From the NCBI RefSeq assembly GCF_006345805.1, contig NC_043006.1, positions 79,794,001 to 79,858,000 of the forward strand: DNA of 64,000 nucleotides, given 5' to 3'. The stretch comes from Octopus sinensis. Taxonomy: Eukaryota. Shown piece after piece: positions 1 to 11,386 of this stretch. The notes below the pieces were generated by a model, which saw only the letters and a list, made by a program, of their open reading frames with translations, was not told where the DNA came from and ran no database searches. Every line of letters begins with the position of its first letter. The first letter of the stretch is position 1. The position numbers were made by a program, and so were the translations under genes.

Positions 1-766
1 ATATAGTTAATCAAAGCCGAGTGGATTCGTTATTTTTTCTCTTTGCCTGTGTGTTGAGAGTATTGCTGTGTGGGAGATATCTTATGGTAGTAGAATAGTA
101 TTTAACTGCTATTTCTAATTTTCGGTATGTTGTGAAGCAATTTTGCTAAGCCCTAATTATAATTATTTCTAATTATAATAATTTTTGTATAAGTTTATCA
201 ATAATGGTTCTTTTAGCATACCCTACTTGGTAAGGTTATTAATTAATTTTACCATTTATTATTATTGATCATATATGTATATATGTAGGGGTGTGTGTGT
301 GTGTGTATGTGTGTGTGTGTGTGTAATGATATTGTCAAGAAATACAATTAAACTGTCAATTTATATCTTACTTTTGACATTTCTAACAGCAACTCCCCAC
401 TTGCTGGACAATTCATTACCTCTCTCCAGGTCATCCGGATGTTCTTTTATAATTATACGCATCAACTCTGTGAATGGTATTTATTTGTTCAAAAGCGTTA
501 TGACTAAATGACTGTGGGTCAATCATTATACAAATCGATATGGCAGTATCATTGCTCTCTGCCATGTTTTCATTCATATTATATGATTTGTCAGCCATAC
601 GTTATTGATGAATAAATGTAATTCCAACAGCTATAGACGCAGGCGTGACTGTGTGGTAAGAAGCTTGGTTTCCAACCACATGTTTCCGGGTTCAGTCCCA
701 CTATGAGGTCTTGCAGTGGATTTGGTAGACGGAAACTGAAAGAAATCTGTCGTATATATATATACT

Positions 767-812
<46 letters not shown>

Positions 813-928
813 ATATATATTATAAATCATAAAAAAACCCCACCTTCTATCAATTCAATTGTGAAAAATTAAATTATACCATCTGTAAGTTTGCAATAAT
901 ATCCCTCATATTATTATTATGTATATAT

Positions 929-974
<46 letters not shown>

Positions 975-1195
975 TATATATATGTAATATATTCTTTTAC
1001 TTGCCTCAGTCATTTGACTGCGGCCGTGCTGGAGCATCGTCTTTAGTCGAACAAGTCGATTCCAGGACTGATTCTTTGTAAGCCTAGTACTTATTCTATC
1101 GGTCTCTTTTGCCGAACCGCTAAGTTACGAGGACGTAAACACATCAGCATCGGTTGTCAAGTGATGGTGGGGAACAAACACCGACTCACAAACGT

Positions 1196-1227
<32 letters not shown>

Positions 1228-1391
1228 CACACACACACACATACACACACACACACACATATGACGGGCTTCTTTCAGTTTCCGTCTACCAGATCCACTC
1301 ACAAGGCTTTGGTCGGCCTGAGGTTATAGTAGAAGACACTTGCCCATGATGCCAAGCAGTGGGACTGAACCTCGAACCATGTAGTTGGTAT

Positions 1392-1772
1392 GGAGGCGCA
1401 ATGGCCCAGTGGTTAGGGCAGCAGACTTGCGGTCGTAGGATCGCGGTTTCGATTCCCAGACCGGGCGTTGTGAGTGTTTATTGAGCGAAAACACCTAAAG
1501 CTCCACAAGGCTCCGGCAGGGATGGTGGTGATCCCTGCTGTACTCTTTCACCACAACTTTCTCTCACTCTTACTTCCTGTTTCTGTTGTACCTGTATTTC
1601 AAAGGGCCGGCCTTGTCACTCTCTGTGTCACGCTGAATATCCCCGAGAACTACGTTAAGGGTACACGTGTCTGTGGAGTGCTCAGCCACTTACACGTTAA
1701 TTTCACGAGCAGGCTGTTCCGTTGATCGGATCAACCGGAACCCTCGTCGTCGTAACCAACGGAGTGCTTCCA
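1392..1772 (+). mobile_element. tRNA-derived SINE, head A with tail 1, nested in another SINE (993-1810, minus)
   Basis: A box TGGCCCAGTGG, B box GGTTTCGATTCC; near-identical to 5506-5875. Confidence 0.9.
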
Positions 1773-1828
1773 TCCAAGGAAGCTACTTACCGCACAGCCA
1801 CTCCTGCTCTACATATATGCGTGCGTGC

Positions 1829-1866
<38 letters not shown>

Positions 1867-2238
1867 TGTGTGTGTGTGTGCGTGCGTGTGTGTGTGTGTG
1901 TGTGGTGTTTGTGTTTGTCTCTTTTTTTCCGTCACCACCGCTTGACAACCGGTGTTGGTGTGTTTACAACCACGTACAGCGGTTCGGCAAAAGAGACCGA
2001 TAGAATAAGTACCAGGCTTAAGAAAAAAAAAAAGAGAAAAAAAAAGAAGAAAAAAAAGAAAAAAAAAAAGAAAAAGACTGCTGGAGTTGATTCATTCGAC
2101 TAAAAGTTCTTGAAGGCAGTGCCCCAGCATGACCGCATGAAACAAGTAAAAGATAAAGGATAACTGAATTCTTCACTCGTTATATATTTATCAAGACAAA
2201 AAAAGACAAAACAAAAACAAAAACAAAAGAAAACCTGC

Positions 2239-2413
2239 CTTTTATTTCCAATTTTCTGCAGCGGAACACTGAACTGATGGTCAAACAAAGGCGGCTCTTT
2301 ATTCAGTAGTTCATCTAAATGATCCAACGCCGAACTCTTCACTGTGTTATAAGCATCTTTTATCGAATGGTCTGTCTCAGTAACCGACGGTGTGTCAAAA
2401 TCGATGGAAATTC
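2239..2413 (-). CDS. ANKAR: ANKAR-like, coding exon 5 (3' boundary 2239 if GC donor, 2235 if GT donor); gene continues beyond the window's left edge
   Basis: Acceptor gtttaattag|GA. Encodes GISIDFDTPSV...FSVPLQKIGNK (ANKAR GIEFDISTP...SIP...GK). Confidence 0.75.
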
Positions 2414-2547
2414 CTAATTAAACGACAAGGAGAAATAAATGAGAAAGAGAGAGAGAGGGAGGGAGAGAGAGAGAGACTGGGAGAGAGAGAGAGAACAGAT
2501 TTTATGAGAAAATTCATCACTAAATCAGTGTCATGGCGGCTACTTAC

Positions 2548-2652
2548 CTCCGTGAAGGTGGAAATAAGGTCCCTCATTTTTGAAGAACGAAAATGTGCAC
2601 TCGGGTGGCAGCATGAGGGGAGGTAAATCTGTTTCCGTTCGACATTCATCAA
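2548..2652 (-). CDS. ANKAR: ANKAR-like, coding exon 4
   Basis: Acceptor cactgtag|TT, donor G|GTAAGT, 105 nt. Encodes DECRTETDLPPLMLPPECTFSFFKNEGPYFHLHGG (ANKAR TE.ELPP...YFH.HGG). This frame is not in the ORF track. Confidence 0.85.
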
Positions 2653-2759
2653 CTACAGTGAGAACAATATATATTGATATATATGAATAATAATTGCCTC
2701 AATAATTTATTAAGTACTACAACTGACGGAGCTGATAACTGAGCTTATACAACGAAGTG

Positions 2760-3280
2760 TCAACAGTTTATATTGATATGAACAGATATTGTTGTGGTAG
2801 ATAAAGGAAAAAAGGAAACCAAGATTATAGATATTGCAATACTTGGGGATGCACGCACGAGTGACAAAGAATTTGATAAGATTGAAAAGTATAGACTAGT
2901 AAAAGGCGAAATTGCAAGAATCTGGGCTATGAAGAGAATGTCTGTCATCCCAGCAGTTGTAGGGGCACTCGGAGAACTAATAGCCAAGTTCGAGAAATAT
3001 ATCAGAGAAATCGGAATTCACACGAGAGCAGAGCAAGCCCAAAACACTATTCTACTACCATAAGATTTTGAGATTGGTATTTGGATGTTGAATGTGTCCC
3101 ACGATAATTAACAACCAAGTATCAAAGCTTGTAATGTGCGGAAAGAGACCCTGTGAAACCTCTGACAGCAGGCTGCTGTCCGCTCACACAGAATCTACCA
3201 GAACAAACAAGACCGAGCGATCTGAGAAGTAAAACAATAATAATTGATTACCGCAAAGCTTACGACATGATCCCACATTA

Positions 3281-3342
<62 letters not shown>

Positions 3343-3360
3343 GTAATAGTAATAACAATA
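2760..3360 (+). mobile_element. R4/Dong-type non-LTR retrotransposon 3' end with REL endonuclease and (TAA)n tail
   Basis: DIVVVDK...IIDIA...KE.DKIEKY..V..EI.RIW...V.P.VVGALG. A second copy of the same 3' end lies at 34926-35200 on the minus strand. Confidence 0.8.
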
Positions 3361-3440
3361 GAACTTCCAACTTGTTGTCTCTTGAGGCCTCTGGGTGAGA
3401 CTTGGAGCCAACTTGTACAAATGTAAAGCAAAAGTCAAAC

Positions 3441-3499
<59 letters not shown>

Positions 3500-3517
3500 G
3501 TAATAGTAATAATAGTA

Positions 3518-3557
<40 letters not shown>

Positions 3558-3562
3558 TAATG

Positions 3563-3593
<31 letters not shown>

Positions 3594-3615
3594 TAATGAT
3601 AATAATAACAGCAAT

Positions 3616-3654
<39 letters not shown>

Positions 3655-3676
3655 AATAATATTAATAATAATAATA

Positions 3677-3857
3677 GAGACATAAATAGAAGAGTGCCAT
3701 AGTTATCATGTGAAATTGGTTGAACGACATTTCGGCATCTAGCATGCCTTCCACAGGTTCAAAGATTACGTGTCACTCTGCTAGATGCACGCTAGATGCC
3801 GAAATATCGTTCAACCACTTTCACGTGATAACTATGGCGCTCTTCTATTTATGTCTC
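3677..3857. mobile_element. Hairpin MITE, ~70-bp arms, TA flanks
   Basis: GAGACATAAATAGAAGAG.../...CTCTTCTATTTATGTCTC near-perfect inverted repeat. Confidence 0.8.
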
Positions 3858-3933
3858 TATAACTTCTGGAGGAGTTACCTCAGTCCTATATAATCTTAAC
3901 AAAAAAGAAAAAAGAAAAAAAATATCGTCTTAC

Positions 3934-4350
3934 CAGGATATGGCTTCAGTAAACGGTCTTTATGCGGGATTTTCATACGTTTTCTCATTCCAACAAAAAG
4001 CGTAGTCAGAAAAGAGACAAGCTTTAACATGATAAGGCTACGCCTCATATTTGCCTTTACTTCTAACGCTCGGCTGACGATTTCGACTTGTTGCTGGAGA
4101 TAGATATTTAACGACGCTATAGTCTCAGGATCGGCTTTGTCATTGCTCAACACTACTTTACTGCTGATCGACCATGCTGCATTTATCATGAAAAGGTCTT
4201 CGTGATGGATGATTGACAGTTGACTAAGCAGCATTTGCATACTCAAGTAGTCGCTGAGCACTGAAAATGTACGACAGCTGGAGATGGTATCGGGTGTGGA
4301 TTTCGGAAAAGCTGCAGAAATTTCAGGGTCTTTCATGAGGTCGATCATAC
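3934..4350 (-). CDS. ANKAR: ANKAR-like, coding exon 3
   Basis: Acceptor ctcatctcag|GT, donor G|GTAAGA, phase 1 to phase 1. Encodes GMIDLMKDPE...LKLVSFLTTLFVGMRKRMKIP..LLKPYP. Confidence 0.85.
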
Positions 4351-4795
4351 CTGAGATGAGAAATATATAAATATATACAGACACCAGGGGTAAAGTGGTA
4401 TTTATTTTTAATGTTATTACCTGCGCCTCCCCTTGTTTTTGCATATGTATAATAATACATTGTATATATAAATACATATGTAAATACATGCATATATACA
4501 TGCAGACATATATATGTATGCAATATATATCATGCAATGCACACACACACACGCGCGCGAACGCACATGTACTCCGTTGAAACAGTTTAATTTTAAAATC
4601 AGATTGGGAAGTCTCTATGATGGATTTAGGATTAGGAACACTGTTGCTGACCAAATATAAATGATTAACAAGAAAATATGAAAAAAATCCTTAACAAAAA
4701 TGGTCAAACTTGAATATGTTTTAATATAATAACATGCTTGAAAAAAACAAAAAAAAAAACAAAATAAAACAAGCTGTTTCCTACTTACACACACA

Positions 4796-4828
<33 letters not shown>

Positions 4829-4896
4829 ATATTCACTCACATTAGTATCTATATCTATAAGAGTCGATATTTGTATATTTGTCTAGAACCAATATC

Positions 4897-5968
4897 GGAT
4901 CTTTACCTTTTGACCGACAGATTTAAAAAATAATTTTTTGTAACTAAACACTTTCAAAATCCGGACACTGATAGAATGTGTCATATAAATCATCTTTTAC
5001 TCTTAGCGTTTTTGAGAAAAGCTTATATTTAGGAAGTTATTTCACGTTAAAGTTGTAGTATTTCGATAATTTCAACCAATCAATGACATGTATTAAGCTG
5101 AATAAAATTATGCTGTTGTTTGTCAACAAGAACTTCCGGTGGTGTATATTTCGTTTGTCACTGTTATTTATGACAACCCTAACCCTAAAACCTTAACTCT
5201 AACCCTAACCCTAACCCTAACCCTAAAACCCTAACCCTAACCCTAACCCTAAAACCTTAACCGTAACCCTAAAAACTTAACGCTAAAACCAGTACAAACG
5301 CACGAACGATGTCATAAATAACAGTGACAAACGAAAAATACACCGCCGATAGTTGTTGTTGACAAACAACGGCAGTAAATTTATTCAGCTGAATACACGT
5401 CATTGATTGGTTGAAATTATCGAAATACAACTTTAACGTGAAATAACTTCCTAAATATAAGCTTTTCTCAAAAACGCTAAGAGTAAAAGATGTTTTATAT
5501 GATATCGAGGGAAGCACTCCGTCGGTTACGACGACGAGGGTTCCGGTTGATCCGATCAACGGAACAGCCTGCTCGTGAAATTAACGTCTAAGTGGCTAAG
5601 CACTCCACAGACACGTGTACCCTTAACGTAGTTCTCGGGGATATTCAGCGTGACACAGAGAGTGACAAGGCCGGCCCTTTGAAATACAGGTAAAACAGAA
5701 ACAGGAAGTAAGAGTGAGAGAAAGTTGTGGTGAAAGAGTACAGCAGGGATCGCCACCATCCCTGCCGGAGCCTCGTGGAGCTTTAGGTGTTTTCGCTCAA
5801 TAAACACTCACAACGCCCGGTCTGGGAATCGAAACCGCGAGTCCGCTGCCCTAACCACTGGGCCATTGCGCCTCCTTTATATGATATATTCTACCAGTGT
5901 CCGAAGTTTGAAAGTGTTTAGTTACAAAAAATTATTTTAAAAATCTGTCGGTCAAAAGGTAAAGATCC
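4897..5968. mobile_element. Foldback element with ~275-bp inverted arms around (CCCTAA)n
   Basis: 4897-5175 is the reverse complement of 5308-5505 plus 5888-5968. Degenerate telomeric repeat at 5176-5290. A SINE is inserted in the right arm. Confidence 0.85.
5506..5875 (-). mobile_element. SINE head A with tail 1, 12-bp TSD
   Basis: TSD TTTATATGATAT at 5494-5505 and 5876-5887. Confidence 0.9.
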
Positions 5969-6036
5969 CCATTATCATCATTTGCAGACGAATGTTTCTT
6001 AAATTTTGCAAGATCTAGATGCAATCCATGATAATG

Positions 6037-7355
6037 TACGAGTGTATGCTGAAAAGTTCCTGACTTTAGGTAAAAGAAAATACAAAAGGATAAGTTGATT
6101 GTGATTTTATTCAACCTATTCCTCTTTCAGTTTTACACACTTATTGCAGCGGTTATTCAGTTTTTCTAAGCTCTGTAAAAGATCTCGGAAGATTGGGTCT
6201 CCAACCAAGCCTTTCGCTATACTCTTAAAACCCCTTAATAGATTATCCCGAGTTTATTCGTGCATCCCAAATGTATCTTTTTAGATCTAGACGAGTATAC
6301 TCGGTCAAAATTAACTTTTAATTTTAGTACTCAAACGAGTTTATTTATTTTGTGTCGTTTCATTTTTGAGAATTCACGAATTTACTCGGAGAAAAAAAAA
6401 TTTACGTGGGAAAAATATTATAAAAAAGTATTTTTTCATTTGATGGATTTGGCTATCTGGAATGCTTATGTTTTGTATTAAGCATCTTTGGAAACTTCAG
6501 CTTCTGCTATGAAACCGCTGAAATTTCGAATGCAAATAATCACCAAGATTATTGAAAAATATAGGCCCTTATTGCTTCCCACGAAGCCAGGAAGACCATC
6601 GTCGATCCCACATCCAATAAGATTTGCCCCAGCTGGTCACTTTCTAATGGAAATACCACCAAGTAATAAGAAAAAGAACCCCACAAGACTGTGCAAAATG
6701 CGCAGAGAAGAGAGACGCTAAAGGAAAGAAGATTCGAAGAGAAAGCAGATACATGTGTGATGTTTGCAAGATAACTTTGTGTGTAACTCCTTGTTTTAAA
6801 AATTATCATTCTAAATAAACTGGCCATCTCATTTAAAAAAAAATTCCTTTGATTTAAAAGCAATACATCTTATAAAAGATAGTTAAGTTATATGTATTTT
6901 TTCAATGTCCGAGTTAACTCGTTTAAATCCAAATGAGTAAAAGTACATTTTAATTTCTATAATAAGAAATAAAAGAAACAAGATAAAAATCTTTTTTTTT
7001 GTGATTAACACAGTGTATATAATTAAAAAAGGAAATAAAAAATTGTGCTCTGAAATGAAACGCCATGTCAAAATAATTGATCCATTAAGGGGTTAAAGCC
7101 AGGAACTTTTCAGCACTCTCTCCTCTTTGTGTGTGTGTGTGTGTGTGTGTGTATATACGAAGAGGTACTGAAAAGTTCCTTGCTTTAAGAGTATCACGAA
7201 AGGCCTGGTTGGAGGTCTAACTTTCCGAGTTCTTTTACAGGGCTTAGAAAAACTGAGGGACCGCTGCAATAAATATGTGTATCTGAGAAGCGAATATGTT
7301 GAATAAAATCATAATTAACCGATCCTCCTCTATTTTCTTTTACACAAAGTCAGGA
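6037..7355. mobile_element. Two mariner-derived MITEs: 6037-7120 (interrupted by the piggyBac) and 7156-7355 (inverted, intact)
   Basis: TACGA...CTGAAAAGTTCC TIR-like ends; mariner C-terminal RCNKYV...EYVE*. Confidence 0.7.
6231..7092 (+). mobile_element. Internally deleted piggyBac
   Basis: CCCCTTAAT/ATTAAGGGG termini at a TTAA site. Remnants KYYKKVFFHLMDLAIWNAYVLY and Cys-rich C-terminus (CDVCKITLCVTPCFKNYH). Confidence 0.85.
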
Positions 7356-7590
7356 AATCTAAGAATTGAGGACCCTTGGGGCAAAACAGAGATGGTTCAT
7401 GGAAAGAGATGTAGAACACCTGACAGATATTATGGAGTGGCAGTTGATTAGGAATGTTAGTGTAAGGATTTCTTTGTTCATAGATTATTTTGGGTTATTA
7501 TTCTTTGTTGATAGATTAATCCATATTTCTCTGCAAAATATGGCAAAGATTCTTGTAATGGTGATATTATTTATACATCTATGTATATAT

Positions 7591-7640
<50 letters not shown>

Positions 7641-7971
7641 CCTATGACCACAAAATGGCTCTTCGAGAAATCCTCTCTGTTGTCACTCGGATGCTAGAAA
7701 TAATAGTCAATATCTTTGAATCACTCTGTAGCATTAAAAAAAAAGAAAATACTGGAAATGCTGCCCCAGCTGTACTATTTTCGGAAAACAGACGAGATGG
7801 TCAAGACTGGATTATCTTTCACGCATTGATCTTCTACATCAGTGCAGGCCTAGGTCTAATTCACAAAAACGTAATACAAAATTACTTCTAATACAAACTT
7901 ATTAAAAATCTTATACAATGATCTATTTTCTTATTAAATATAAATAAAAGTAATTTATAGAATAAATCTAC

Positions 7972-8278
7972 CTATGCCGGTAAATTCTGACGGAATCAGT
8001 CTTTTATCTTCGTTTTTAACACCAAAACTGTTGGCTTTATAGTTCGCTCGCCATTTTTCGAGAAATTTCGATCTTTTATCTTTTGGTAGGTAGGCACCAT
8101 GCCAGAGAGCCTTAAGCATGTAGTCCACTTCGATAAAAAGTTGTCCAACTTTGGTGTTGTCATAGGCTGCAGGAAGACAGCATGACGATGTTTGGTCATA
8201 GTTTGGTTCCAAAGACACTGAAGGTGTTTGGTTCAAAGCATAAATTCCGTTTGTCAGTTCACGGATCATTTGATGGAT
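7972..8278 (-). CDS. ANKAR: ANKAR-like, coding exon 2
   Basis: Acceptor tttatag|ATCCATCAA, donor G|GTAGAT (phase 1). MIRELTNGIYALNQTPSVSLEPNYDQTSSCCLPAAYDNTKVGQLFIEVDYMLKALWHG closely matches the recalled ANKAR N-terminal region. Confidence 0.9.
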
Positions 8279-8409
8279 CTATAAATGAAAGTGTAGATAG
8301 GCAATGAATTATGCATGCATGCATGTATGTATGTATGTATGTATGTATGTATGTATGTATGTATGTATGTATGTATGTATGTATGTATGTATGTATGTAT
8401 GTATGTATT

Positions 8410-8810
8410 CCAGAAGGAAAGGGTCTTCCTTTGATTCTGACATGCAATGTCTGTGCAAGACCCTGCCTCAGTAAAGCTGGACTCATGAGTCATCTTCGGA
8501 GTCATAAAACGAGACAGATGAGTGACAACCTGGCCACTGGTGGTGGTGTAACACACTATACTGATCATATCTGTCGGGCATGTGGAAGAGAGTGTAATTC
8601 GGCAGGAGGACTTAAACGACATGCAAAGGTACATGAAGCCCAGTTATGACTACAGCCGGCTATTACCAGTAAAGGTTTTAGTTGCCAATTTTGTACAAGA
8701 CATTGTAGATATTTAGCTGGGCTAAAAAGTCACATTCGATCACAGCACCAGGAACAGTTAAGCTTCGTGCAATGGCCATACTCGATAACGAGGAGGCAGC
8801 CATAATCATA
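8410..8810 (+). mobile_element. RTE-type LINE 3' end with three C2H2-like fingers, inside an (ATGT)n tract in an ANKAR intron
   Basis: CNVC..CLSKAGLMSHLRSH, CRAC..CNSAGGLKRH, and in frame past a [25 protein letters not shown]-like tail CATACTCGATAACGAGG. Confidence 0.6.
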
Positions 8811-8909
8811 ATGTATGCATGCATGTATGCATGTATGTATGCATGTGTGTATGTATGTATGTATGTATGTATGTATGTATGTATGTATGTATGTATGTAT
8901 GTATGTATG

Positions 8910-8955
<46 letters not shown>

Positions 8956-10538
8956 ATATTATATATATATATATATATCTTTTATTTGCTTCCGTCATTG
9001 GACTGCAAACCAAGCTGGGGCACCGCCTTGAAGAGTTTTTTGTAGAACAAATCGACCCCAGTATATTTTTTAAAGCCTGGTACTTATTTTATCGTTACCC
9101 TTGTCGAACACACACACACACACACACACACACACCACACACACACACACGACGGGCTTCTTTCAGTTTCCGTCTACCAATCCCACTCACAAGGCTTTGG
9201 TTGGCCTGGTGTTATAGTTGAAGACACTTGCCCAAGGTACCACGCAGTCGAACTGAAGCCAGAATCACGTGGTTGAGAAGCAAGCTTCTTACCACACAGC
9301 CACGCCTGTACCTCCCCCCCCACGACAGGCTACTTTCAGATTCCGTCTATCAAATCCACTCACAAGGCTTTGGTCAGCTCGGGGCGCAGCAGAAGACACT
9401 TGCCCAAGATGCCACGTAGTGGGAGTGAACCTGGAACCACGTGGTTGGGAAGCAAGCTTCTTACCACGCAGCCACTCGTTTTGGCTGGACATTAAGTTTC
9501 GCCTGCGACTTATTCCTAAGGAATTTGACCCTACGTTTACCACCGAATCTCCCTTAAGCGTTCTATTGCTATTATTAAAATTTACTTAGAACAATAACAT
9601 TAAATAAACAGACACAATCAGCGGAAACTTCAAAGCCAGTGTCAACCTTTTCCTTGTAAAAATTAATGAATAGATACAGTACTAGAAAAGGATTGAGTGA
9701 TCTTTCACGTAATATTAAATTGTTTGTATATATATAACTTCAAATGAAAAGAAGCTTTAATAGAATAAAATGTTTAACGAACGTAGAACCTAGCTTTTGA
9801 GCGCATCATTTAAGTGCGATAGACGACACTCCGTCAAGATCAATTCCTTCGTTGTTGAGACTGGAAGAGTTTTCACAAGTCTCGACTGCGTGTATATGGT
9901 GGGGACTGATGTCTTAATGATTCCCGCTCTCTTTTTCTGGAAGAAATTGGTTTTGCATAAATCTGAAGAGAGATGGTCTTTGACAAGTTTTAAAAAATAC
10001 CTAAGGTACGTGGAATGCCATGACGGCGCATCTACAAGAGTTGGAATGTCATGACGGCGCATCTACAAAATCCATCAAGAGTTGGACTCTTAAAGTAAAG
10101 CCCAAGGCAAGGCAAGATATTTGAACTCAGAACTAAAGAAAGCGAAACACTTGTCAATTTCAGTGTTACCGCTGTCTACAGTGTTCTGATCATGTAGTAG
10201 CCATTTTATACAGGATGGCTCGTACCGTTTGAGTGTTAAGTGTTGAGTGACATAACACAGTACCCGTGAAAGAATACGAATCATAATCGACTGTTTTACT
10301 TGTTTGGTATTATATTGATCTGGTGATCTGCAGTTACATATTAATATTTTGTAATAAAAGGCCGGCGAGCTGGCCGAATCGTTAGCACAGCGGGCAAAAT
10401 GCTTAGCGGTATTTCGTCCGTCTTCATGTTCCGCCGAGGTCAAGTTTGCCTTTCAACCTTTTGGGATAAGTACCGTACTTACCCCACCCCGAACTTGTTG
10501 GCTTTATGCCAAAAATTTGAAATTAATATCTTGTAGCA

Positions 10539-10569
<31 letters not shown>

Positions 10570-10594
10570 CCCCACTGCTGACAGAAATTTTTAT

Positions 10595-10754
10595 GGGCGC
10601 AGATGTGGCTGTGTGGTAAGAAACTTGCTTCCCAACCACATAATTCCGAGTTTAGTCCCACGCAGTGGGACCTTGAGTGTTTTCCACTATAGCTTCCGGC
10701 TGACCAAAACCTTGTGAAAGGATTTGGTTGACGGATACTGAAAGCAGCTCGTCG

Positions 10755-10801
<47 letters not shown>

Positions 10802-10821
10802 GTGCGTGTGTGTGTGTGTGT

Positions 10822-10857
<36 letters not shown>

Positions 10858-11083
10858 GTGTGTGTGTGTGTGTGTCTTTCTGTCTGCGTTTGTCCCGCCA
10901 CCACTGCTTGACAATCGGTGTTGGTGTGCTTGCATCTCCGTAACGTAGCAGTTCGGCAAAACGGACCGATGGAAAAAATACCAGGCTTATAGAATAAGTA
11001 CTGGGGTTGATTCATTCGACCAGAAAGTTCAAGGCGGAGCCCCAGCATGGCCGGAGTCTCATGACTGAAACAAGTAAAAGATA
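10595..11083 (+). mobile_element. Abundant SINE family B with internal (TA)n/(TG)n; further copies near 635, 993, 1925, 8990, 9325, 21780, 23770, 29641, 32065, 33080, 34383, 61440
   Basis: Head GTGGCTGTGTGGTAAGAA...AGTCCCAC; tail ...ATGACTGAAACAAGTAAAAGA. Confidence 0.85.
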
Positions 11084-11098
11084 ACGGTAATAACTTAC

Positions 11099-11386
11099 TT
11101 CTCTGTAGTCAAGAGGTTTTATAGTGCTATCTTCTTCCAGCAGTAGGACACAATACCTGTAGTCTAGGAGAGACGAACCACCAATGAGTCCAAGAGGGGC
11201 TGAAGTGGTGAGACGGTATTCTTCGGTCGATAGCATCCAGTTAGTGGAAGCACTACTGAATAACCGCTCCATGTCGTATTCTTGCAGTTCCTTAATGCAC
11301 TGAATACTTTTTGGAAGTATTCCCTTCAAAGAGTCTTTTTGCAGGTCAGTAGAACCCGAAACGGGCGTTTTTGGAGGTGAACTCAT
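11099..11386 (-). CDS. ANKAR: ANKAR-like, first coding exon (MSSPPK...KPLDYRE)
   Basis: ATG at 11386, 288 nt, ends at GAA|GTAAGT (phase 0). LDYRE joins IHQMIRE of the next exon, matching the LLDYREVHQMIRE motif recalled from vertebrate ANKAR. Confidence 0.8.

Noticed and set aside
390-630. Next ANKAR exon
   Set aside because: All three minus frames after the candidate acceptor at 631 hit stops and show no ANKAR similarity.
1474-1725. 83-aa ORF repeated at 5556-5807
   Set aside because: It lies inside two copies of a SINE and starts at a non-ATG codon.
2548-2652. Apparent frameshift in ANKAR exon 4 suggested by the ORF track
   Set aside because: Manual translation from the acceptor in phase 1 is open throughout.
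3184-3685. Poly-Ile/Leu/Tyr ORFs here, and similar HT, YI, CV and N-rich ORFs throughout the track
   Set aside because: They are translations of microsatellites.
5176-5290. True telomere or chromosome fusion site
   Set aside because: Short, degenerate, single orientation, and enclosed by transposon arms.
8311-8649. Host C2H2 zinc-finger gene
   Set aside because: No TGEKP linkers, an internal stop, an RTE-like tail, and embedded in a microsatellite.
9790-10062. 90-aa minus ORF in an ANKAR intron as an extra exon
   Set aside because: The flanking exons already join seamlessly (DYRE|IHQ) and no motif is recognisable.
10012-10068. Two 26-bp direct repeats, superficially CRISPR-like
   Set aside because: Only two copies with a 5-bp spacer, in eukaryotic context.
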